A stretch of DNA of 64,000 bases from Eledone cirrhosa (Eukaryota): contig OZ024744.1 in the NCBI GenBank assembly GCA_964016885.1, forward strand, positions 17,856,001 to 17,920,000. Reading direction: 5' to 3'. Shown here piece by piece: positions 54,801-64,000 of this stretch. Below the pieces are notes generated by a model that was not told the origin of the DNA, ran no database searches, and worked only from the letters and a program-made list of their open reading frames with translations. Each line of letters begins with the position of its first letter. The stretch's first letter is position 1. The position numbers and the translations under genes were made by a program.

Positions 54801-57800
54801 ATGTCAGTTTCACTGTGTATGTCACTGTGTGTTTCTGTATGTCTCTGTCACTCTGTATGTCACTGTATATTTCTTATGTCTGTGTCACTGTGTATGTCAC
54901 TGTATGTTTCTGTATGTCTGTGTCACCGTGTATATCACTGTATGTTTCTGTATGTCTGTGTCACTGTGTATGTCACTGTATGTTTCTGTATGTCTGTTTC
55001 ACTGTGTATGTCACTGTATGTTTCTGTATGTCTGTGTCACTGTGTATGTCACTGTGTGTTTCTGTATGTCTGTGTCACTGTGTATTCACTGTATCTTTGT
55101 GTATGTCTCTGTCACTGTGTACTTCACTGTGTGTTTCTGTATGTATGTGTCACTGTCTATGTCACTGTATGTTTCTGAATGTCTGTGTCACTGTGTATGT
55201 CAGTGTGTTTCTGTATGTCTGTGTCACGGTGTATGTCACTGTATGTTTGTGTGTGTCTGTGTCACTGTGTATGTCACTGTGTGTTTGTGTATGTCTGTGT
55301 CACTGTATGTTTCTGTATGCCTGTGTCACTGTGTATGTCACTGTGTGATTCTGTTTGTCTGTGACACTGTGTATGTCACTGTATGTTTCTGTATGTTTGT
55401 GTCACTGTGTATGTCACTAAATGTTTGTGTATGTCTGTGTCCCTGTCTATGTCACTGTGTGTTTGCGTGTGTCTGTGTCACTGTGTATGTCACTGTGTGT
55501 TTCTGTATGTCTGTGTGACTGTGTATGTCACTGTTTGTTTGTGTATGTCTGTGTCACTGTGTGTGTTTCTGTATGTCTGTGTCACTGTGTATGTCACTGT
55601 ATCTTTGTGTATGTCTATGTCACTCTGTATGTCACTGAGTGTTTCTGCTTGTCTGTGTCACTGTGTATGTCATTGTGTGTTTCTGTATGTCTGTGTCACT
55701 GTGTATGTCACTGTATGTTTCTGTATGTCTGTTTCACTGTGTATGTCACTGTGTGTTTCTGTATGTCTCTGTCACTCTGTATGTCACTGTATATTTCTGT
55801 ATGTCTGTGTCACTGTGTATGTCACTGTATCTTTGTGTATGTATGTGTCCCTGTGTATGTCACTGTATGTTTCTGTATGTCTGTGTCACTGTCTATCTCA
55901 CTGTGTGTTTCTGAATGTCTGTGTCACTGTGTATGTCACTGTGCGTTTCTGTATGTCTGTCTCACGGTGTATGTCACTGTATGTTTGTGTGTGTCTGTGT
56001 CACTGTGTATGTCACTGTGTGTTTGTGTATGTCTGTGTCACTGTATGTTTCTGTATGTCTGTGTCACTGTGTATGTCACTGTGTGTTTCTGTATGTATGT
56101 GTCACTGTGTATGTCACTGTATGTGTGTGTATGTCTGTGTCACGGTGTATGTCACTGTATCTTTGTGTATGCCTGTGTCACTGTGTATGTCACTGTGTGT
56201 CTGTGTCACTGTGTATGTCAATGTCTCTGTGTGTTTCTGTATGTCTGTGTCTCTGTGTATGTCACTGTATCTTTGTGTATGTATGTGTCACTGTGTATGT
56301 CACTGTGTGTTTCTGTATGTTTGTGTCACTGTGTGTGTCACTGTGTGTTTCTGCATGTCAGTGTCACTGTGTATGTCACTGTGTGTTTCTGTATGTCGGT
56401 GTCACTGTATATGTCACTGTATATATTTGTATGTCTGTGTCACTGTGTATGTCACTGTGTGTTTCTGTATGTCTGTGTCACTGTGTATGTCACTGTGTGT
56501 TTCTATATGTCTGTGTCTCTGTGTATGTCACTGAGTGTTTCTGTATGTCTGTGTCACTATGTATGTCGCTGTATGTTTGTGTTGTCTGTGTCACTGTGTA
56601 TGTCACTGGGTGTTTCTGTATGTATGTATCACTGTGTATGTCACTGTGTGTTTCTGTATTCTGTGTCACTGTCTATGTCACTGTATCTTTGTGTATGTCT
56701 GTGTCACTGTGTATGTCAATGTGTGTTTCTGTATGTATGTGTCTCTGTGTATGTCACTGTATCTTTGTGTATGTATGTGTCACTGTGTATGTCACTGTGT
56801 GTTTCTGTATGTCTGTGTCACTGTGTATGTCACTGTGTGTTTCTGTATATCTGTGTCTCTGTGTATGTCACTGTATCTTTGTGTATATCTGTGTCACTGT
56901 GTATGTCACTGTATCTTTGTGTATGTCTGTGTCACTCTGTATGTCACTGTGTGTTTCTGCATGTCTGTGTGACTGTGTATGTCACTGTATGTTTCTGTAT
57001 GTCTGTGTCACTGTGTATGTCACTGTGTGTTTCTGTATGTCTGTGTCACTGTGTACGTCACTGTGTGTTTATGTATGTATGTGTCACTGTCTATGTCACT
57101 GTATGTTTCTGAATGTCTGTGTCATTGTGTATGTCACTGTGTGTTTCTGTATGTCTGTGTCACGGTGTATGTCACTGTATGTTTGTGTGTGTCTGTGTCA
57201 CTGTGTATGTCACTGTGTGTTTGTGTATGTCTGTGTCACTGTATGTTTCTGTATGTCTGTGTCACTTTGTATGTCACTGTGTGTTTCTGTATGTCTGTGT
57301 CACCGTGTATGTCACTGTATCATTGTGTATGCCTGTGTCACTTTGTATGTCACTGTGTGATTCTGTATGTCTGTGTCACTGTGTATGTCACTGTGTGTTT
57401 CTGTATGTCTGTGTCACCGTGTATGTCACTGTATCATTGTGTATGCCTGTGTCACTGTGTATGTCACTGTGTGATTCTGTATGTCTGTGTCACTGTGTAT
57501 ATCACTGTGTGTTTCTGTATGTCTGTGTCACGGTGTATGTCACTGTATGTTTGTGTGTGTCTGTGTCTCTGTCTATGTCACTGTGTGTTTGCGTGTGTCT
57601 GTGTCACTGTGTATGTCAGTGTGTGTTTCTGTATGTCTGTGTGACTGTGTATGTCACTGTTTGTTTGTGTATGTCTGTGTCACTGTGTGTGTTTCTGTAT
57701 GTCTGTGTCACTGTGCATGTCATTGTATCTTTGTGTATGTCTGTGTCACTGTGTATGTCAATGTATCTTTGTGTATGTCTGTGTCACTCTGTATGTCACT

Positions 57801-58110
57801 GTGTGTTTCTGCATGTCTGTGTCACTGTGTATGTCATTGTGTGTTTCTGTATGTCTGTGTCACTGTGTATGTCACTGTATGTTTCTGTATGTCTGTTTCA
57901 CTGTGTATGTCACTGTGTGTTTCTGTATGTCTCTGTCACTCTGTATGTCACTGTATATTTCTTATGTCTGTGTCACTGTGTATGTCACTGTATGTTTCTG
58001 TATGTCTGTGTCACCGTGTATGTCACTGTATGTTTCTGTATGTCTGTGTCACTGTGTATGTCACTGTATGTTTCTGTATGTCTGTTTCACTGTGTATAGC
58101 ACTGTATGTT
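51870..58110. repeat. About 3.1-kb tandem duplication (junction near 55040)
   Basis: ORF pairs 52005/55179 (offset 3174), 52779/55915 (3136), 53409/56535 (3126), 54025/57113 (3088). Shared variants GTATTCACT and TACTTCACT. Confidence 0.9.
53296..53333 (-). other. Best RSS-like monomer: CACAGTG-22 nt-ACAAAAACA (sequence resemblance only)
   Basis: + strand TGTTTTTGT at 53296-53304 and CACTGTG at 53327-53333. Heptamer matches 7/7 and nonamer 8/9 to the consensus CACAGTG / ACAAAAACC. A second copy lies at 62974-63011. The match is seen directly and function is not shown. Confidence 0.3.
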
Positions 58111-61100
58111 TCTGTATGTCTGTGTCACTGTGTATGTCACTGTATCTTTGTGTATGTATGTGTCCATGTGTATGTCACTGTATGTTTCTGTATGTCTGTG
58201 TCACTGTGTATATCACTGTATGTTTCTGTATGACTGTGTAACTGTCTATCTCACTGTGTGTTTCTGAACGTCTGCGTCACTGTGTATGTCACTGTGCGTT
58301 TCTGTATGTCCGTGTCACTATGTATGTCACTGTGTGTTTCTGTATGTATGTGTCACTGTGTATGTCACTGTATGTGTGTGTATGTCTGTGTCACGGTGTA
58401 TGTCACTGTATCTTTGTGTATGCCTGTGTCACTGTGTATGTCACTGTGTATGTCACTGTCTCTGTGTGTTTCTGTATGTCTGTGTCTCTGTGTATGTCAC
58501 TGTATCTTTGTGTATGTATGTGTCTCTGTGTATGTCACTGTGTGTTTCTGTATGTCTGTGTCACTGTGTATGTCACTGTGTGTTTCTGCATGTCAGTGTC
58601 ACTGTGTATGTCAATGTGTGTTTCTGTATGTCTGTGCCACTGTATATGTCACTGTATGTTTGTGTATGTCTGTGTCACTGTGTATGTCACTGTGTGTTTC
58701 TGTATGTCTGTGTCACTGTGTATGTCACTGTGTGTTTCTGTATGTCTGTGTCACTGTGTATGTCACTGAGAGTTTCTGTATGTCTGTGTCAGTATGTATG
58801 TCGCTGTATGTTTGTGTTGTCTGTGTCACTGTGTATGTCACTGGGTGTTTCTGTATGTGTGTGTCACTGTGTATATCACTGTGCGTTTCTGTATGTATGT
58901 ATCACTGTGTATGTCACTGTGTGTCTCTGTATGTCTGTGTCACTGTCTATGTAACTGTATCTTTGTGTATGTCTGTGTCACTGTGTATGTCAATGTGTGT
59001 TTCTGTATGTATGTGTCTCTGTGTATGTCACTGTATCTTTGTGTATGTATGTGTCAATGTGTATGTCACTGTGTGTTTGTGTATGTCTGTGTCACTGTGT
59101 ATGTTACTGTGAGTTTCTGTATGTCTGTGTCACTGTGTATGTCACTGTATATTTCTGTATGTATGTGTCAGTGTGTATGTCACTGGGTGTTTCTGTATGT
59201 CTGTGTCACACTGTATATCACTGTATCTTTGTGTAGGTCTCTGTCACCGTGTATGTCACTGTGAGTTTCTGTATGTCTGTGTCAATGTGTATGTCACAGT
59301 GTGTTTCTGTATGTATGTGTCACTGTGTATGTCACTGTATGTCTCTGTATGTATGTGTCACTGTCTATGTCACTGTATCTTTGTGTATGTCTACGTCACT
59401 GTGTATGTCACTGTGTGTTTCTGTATGTCTGTGTCTCTGTGTATGTCACTGTATCTTTGTGTATGTCTGTGTCACTGTGTATGTCACTGTGTGTTTCTGT
59501 ATGTCTGTGTCACTGTGTATGTCACTGTGTGTTTCTGTATATCTGTGTCTCTGTGTATGTCACTGTATCTTTGTGTATGTCTGTGTCACTGTGTATGTCA
59601 CTGTATCTTTGTGTATGTTTGTGTCACGGTGTATATCCCGGTACGTTTGTGTATGTCTGTGTCACTCTATATGTCACTGTACGTTTGTGTATGTCTGTGT
59701 GACTGTGTATGTCACTGTATGTTTCTGTATGTCTGTGTCACGGTGTATGTCAATGTGTGTTACTGTATGTCTGTGTCACTGTGTATGTCACTGTATCTTT
59801 GTGTATGTCTGTGTCACTGTGTACGTCGATGTGTGTTTCTGTATGTATGTGTCACTGTCTATGTCACTGTATGTTTCTGAATGTCTGTGTCACTGTGTAT
59901 GTCACTGTGTGTTTCTGTATGTCTGTGTCACGGTGTATGTCACTGTATGTTTGTGTGTGTCTGTGTCACTGTGTATGTCACTGTGTGCTTCTGTATGTCT
60001 GTGTCACCGTGTATGTCACTGTATCTTTGTGTATGCCTGTGTCACTGTGTATGTCACTGTGTGATTATGTATGTCTGTGTCACTGTGTATGTCACTGTGT
60101 GTTTCTGTATGTTTGTGTCACTGTGTATGTCACTAAATGTTTGTGTGTGTCTGTGTCTCTGACTATGTCACTGTGTGTTTGCGTGTGTCTGTGTCACTGT
60201 GTATGTCACTGTTTGTTTGTGTATGTCTGTGTCACTGTGTGTGTTTATGTATGTCTGTGTCACTGTGCATGTCATTGTATCTTCGTGTATGTCTGTGTCA
60301 CTGTGTATGTCACTGTATCTTTGTGTATGTCTGTGTCACTCTGTATGTCACTGTGTGTTTCTGCATGTCTGTGTTACTGTGTATGTCGTTGTGTGTTTCT
60401 GTATGTCTGTGTCACTGTGTATGTCACTGTATGTTTCTGTATGTCTGTTTCACTGTGTATGTCACTGTGTGTTTCTGTATGTCTCTGTCACTCTGTATGT
60501 CACTGTATATTTCTGTATGTCTGTGTCACTGTGTATGTCACTGTATGTTTCTGTATGTCTGTGTCACTGTGTATGTCACTGTATTTTTATGTATGTCTGT
60601 GTCACTGTGTATGTCACTGTATCTTCGTGTATGTATGTGTCCCTGTGTATGTCACTGTATGTTTCTGTATATCTGTGTCATTGTGTATGTCACTGTGTGT
60701 ATCTGTATGTCTGTGTCACTTTGTATGTCAATGTATCTTTGTGTATGTCTGTGTCACCGTGTATGTCACTGTATGTTTCTGTATGTCTGTGTCACTGTGT
60801 ATGTCACTGTATGTTTCTGTATGTCTGTGTCACTGTGTATGTCACTGTATGTTTCTGTATGTCTGTTGCACTGTGTATGTCACTGTATCTTCGTGTATGT
60901 ATGTGTCCCTGTGTATGTCACTGTATGTTTCTGTATGTCTGTGTCACTGTGTATATCACTGTATGTTTCTGTATGTCTGTGTCACTGTCTATCTTACTGT
61001 ATGTTTCTGAATGTCTGTGTCACTGTGTATGTCACTGTGCGTTTCTGTATGTCTGTGTCACGGTGTATGTCACTGTATGTTTGTGTGTGTATGTGTCACT

Positions 61101-61860
61101 GTGTATGTCACTGTGTGTTTGTGTATGTCTGTGTCACTGTGTATGTCATTGTGTGTTTCTGTATGTCTGTGTGACTGTCTATGTCACTGTATATTTGTGT
61201 ATGTCTGTGACACTGTGTATGTCAATGTGTGTTTCTGTATGTATGTGTCTCTGTTTATGTCACTGTATCTTTGTGTATGTATGTGTCACTGTGTATGTCA
61301 CTGTGTGTTTGTGTATGACTGTGTCACTGTGTATGTTACTGTGAGTTTCTGTATGTCTGTGTCACGGTGTATGTCACTGTATATTTCTGTATGTCTGTGT
61401 CAGTGTGTATGTCACTGGGTGTTTCTGTATGTGTGTGACACATTGTATATCACTGTATCTTTGTGTAGGTCTGTGTCAGCGTGTATGTCACTGTATCTTT
61501 ATGTATGTCTGTGTCACTGTGTATGTCACTGTGAGTTTCTGTATGTATGTGTCACTCTGTATGTCACAGTGTGTTTCTGTATGTCTGTGTCACTGTGTAT
61601 GTCACTGTATGTCTCTGTATGTGTGTGTCACTGTCTATGTCACTGTATCTTTGTGTATGTCTGCGTCACTGTGTATGTCACTGTGTGTTTCTGTATGTCT
61701 GTGTCTCTGTCTATGTCACTGTGTGTTTGCGTGTGTCTGTGTCACTGTGTATGTCGCTGTGTGTTTCTGTATGTCTGTGTGACTGTGTATGTCACTGTTT
61801 GTTTGTGTATGTCTGTGTCACTGTGTGTGTTTCTGTATGTCTGTGTCACTGTGCATGTCA
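56780..61860. repeat. About 5-kb dispersed block, copy 2
   Basis: Collinear rare variants with 40170-45230. Confidence 0.9.
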
Positions 61861-62229
61861 TTGAATCTTTGTATATGTCTGTGTCACTCTATATGTCACT
61901 GTACGTTTGTGTATGTCTGTGTGACTCTGTATGTCACTGTATGTTTCTGTATGTCCGTGTCACTGTGTATGTCACTGTGTGTTTCTGTATGTCTGTGTCA
62001 CTGTGTATGTCACTGTATCTTTGTGTATGTCTCTGTCGCTGTGTACTTCACTGTGTGTTTCTGTATGTATGTGTCACTGTCTATGTCACTGTATGTTTCT
62101 GAATGTCTGTGTCACTGTGTATGTCAGTGTGTTTCTGTATGTATGTGTCACGGTGTATGTCACTGTATGTTTGTGTGTGTCTGTGTCACTGTGTATGTCA
62201 CTGTGTGTTTGTGTATGTCTGTGTCACTG

Positions 62230-64000
62230 TATGTTTCTGTATGCTTGTGTCACTGTCTATGTCACTGTGTGTTTGCGTGTGTCTGTGTCACTGTGTATGT
62301 CACTGTGTGTTTCTGTATGTCTGTGTGACTGTGTATGTCACTGTTTGTTTCTGTATGTCTGTGTCACTGTGTATGTCACTGTATGTTTCTGTATGTCTGT
62401 TTCACTGTGTATGTCACTGTGTGTTTCTGTATGTCTCTGTCACTCTGTATGTCACTGTATATTTCTGTATGTCTGTGTCACTGTGTATGTCACTGTATCT
62501 TTGTGTATGTATGTGTCCCTGTGTATGTCACTGTATGTTTCTGTATGTCTGTGTCACTGTGTGTTTCTGAATGTCTGTGTCACTGTGTATGTCACTGTGC
62601 GTTTCTGTATGTCTGTCTCACAGTGTATGTCACTGTATGTTTGTGTGTGTCTGTGTCACTGTGTATGTCACTGTGTGTTTGTGTATGTCTGTGTCACTGT
62701 ATGTTTCTGTATGTCTGTGTCACTGTGTATGTCACTGTGTGTTTCTGTATGTCTGTGTCACTGTGTATGTCAATGTCTCTGTGTGTTTCTGTATGTCTGT
62801 GTCTCTGTGTATGTCACTGTATCTTTGTGTATGTATGTGTCACTGTGTATGTCACTGTGTGTTTCTGTATGTTTGTGTCACTGTGTGTGTCACTGTGTGT
62901 TTCTGCATGTCAGTGTCACTGTGTATGTCACTGTGTGTTTCTGTATGTCTGTGTCACTGTATATGTCACTGTATGTTTTTGTATGTCTGTGTCACTGTGT
63001 ATGTCACTGTGTGTTTCTGTATGTCTGTGTCACTGTGTATGTCACTGTGTGTTTCTATATGTCTGTGTCTCTGTGTATGTCACTGAGTGTTTCTGTATGT
63101 CTGTGTCACTATGTATGTCGCTGTATGTTTGTGTTGTCTGTGTCACTGTGTATGTCACTGGGTGTTTCTGTATGTCTGTGTCACTGTGTATGTCACTGTG
63201 CGTTTCTGTATGTATGTATCACTGTGTATGTCACTGTGTGTTTCTGTATTCTGTGTCACTGTATGTTTCTGTATGCCTGTGTCACTGTCTATGTCACTGT
63301 GTGTTTGCGTGTGTCTGTGTCACTGTGTATGTCACTGTGTGTTTCTGTATGTCTGTGTGACTGTGTATGTCACTGTTTGTTTCTGTATGTCTGTGTCACT
63401 GTGTATGTCACTGTATGTTTCTGTATGTCTGTTTCAATGTGTATGTCACTGTGTGTTTCTGTATGTCTCTGTCACTCTGTATGTCACTGTATATTTCTGT
63501 AAGTCTGTGTCACTGTGTATGTCACTGTATCTTTGTGTATGTATGTGTCCCTGTGTATGTCACTGTATGTTTCTGTATGTCTGTGTCACTGTCTATCTCA
63601 CTGTGTGTTTCTGAATGTCTGTGTCACTGTGTATGTCACTGTGCGTTTCTGTATGTCTGTCTCACGGTGTATGTCACTGTATGTTTGTGTGTGTCTGTGT
63701 CACTGTGTATGTCACTGTGTGTTTGTGTATGTCTGTGTCACTGTATGTTTCTGTATGTCTGTGTCACTGTGTATGTCACAGTGTGTTTCTTTATGTATGT
63801 GTCACTGTGTATGTCACTGTATGTGTGTGTATGTCTGTGTCACGGTGTATGTCACTGTATCTTTGTGTATGCCTGTGTCACTGTGTATGTCACTGTGTGT
63901 TTCTGTATGTCTGTGTCACTGTGTATGTCAATGTCTCTGTGTGTTTCTGTATGTCTGTGTCTCTGTGTATGTCACTGTATCTTTGTGTATGTATGTGTCA
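62230..64000. repeat. About 1032-bp tandem duplication, second copy running off the window end
   Basis: CTGTTTGTTTCTGTATG at 62341 and 63373. ORF ends at 62328 and 63360. Confidence 0.8.

Larger units (their letters stand above)
1..64000. repeat. Tandem satellite array, 38-bp monomer (GTCACTGTGTATGTCACTGTGTGTTTCTGTATGTCTGT), about 1,700 copies, continuing beyond both window ends
   Basis: Read directly: the unit recurs head-to-tail throughout with point variants and short indels, and I saw no inversion or insertion of foreign DNA. Consensus composition is 18 T, 10 G, 6 C, 4 A. Confidence 0.99.

Noticed and set aside
27-63614. Hundreds of Cys/Val/His-rich + strand ORFs (up to 952 aa at 35908-38766), superficially like metallothionein or keratin-associated proteins
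   Set aside because: The + consensus contains no TAA/TAG/TGA, so all three frames are open and give the same 38-aa cyclic peptide (38 mod 3 = 2). Frameshifting indels and stops occur freely and no frame is preserved.
1-64000. CRISPR array (38-bp unit is within the repeat size range)
   Set aside because: Units abut directly with no unique spacers, leader or cas genes.
1-64000. Telomeric repeat or G-quadruplex array (TG-rich strand)
   Set aside because: There are no G-runs except rare GGG variants, the 38-bp unit is heterogeneous, and multi-kb duplications indicate recombinational rather than telomerase origin. A subtelomeric location is not excluded.
1-64000. Functional Ig/TCR gene segments or RSS signal joints
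   Set aside because: There are no coding segments between the RSS-like units, and I saw no head-to-head CACTGTG-CACAGTG junction.
1-64000. Assignment to a named satellite family or species
   Set aside because: I do not recognise the monomer with confidence. A Dfam/Repbase/BLAST search of the 38-mer is needed.

Overview
All 64 kb are one uninterrupted, single-orientation tandem satellite array of about 1,700 copies (64000/38) of a 38-bp monomer. The + strand consensus is GTCACTGTGTAT-GTCACTGTGTGT-TTCTGTATGTCTGT. I found no unique sequence, gene, RNA gene or transposon. The many Cys/Val-rich ORFs are a by-product of a + strand consensus with no stop triplet. Three kinds of structure are visible. 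(1) The monomer is built from 2-, 6- and 12-bp sub-periods on an (NT)n scaffold. (2) Variant monomers recur in a fixed order, indicating an old higher-order repeat of about 2-3 kb, overlaid by younger duplications (offsets 456 bp, about 1.0, 1.39, 1.99, 2.59, 3.1, 8.4, 9.7 and 16.6 kb). (3) On the minus strand each monomer reads CACAGTG-22 nt-ACAGAAACA (7+22+9=38), which resembles a V(D)J recombination signal sequence. That resemblance is the most intriguing observation, but any function is unproven and it may be chance. The source is probably eukaryotic heterochromatin, and the taxon cannot be determined from the sequence. Duplication boundaries were read by eye and are approximate (about +/-50 bp).
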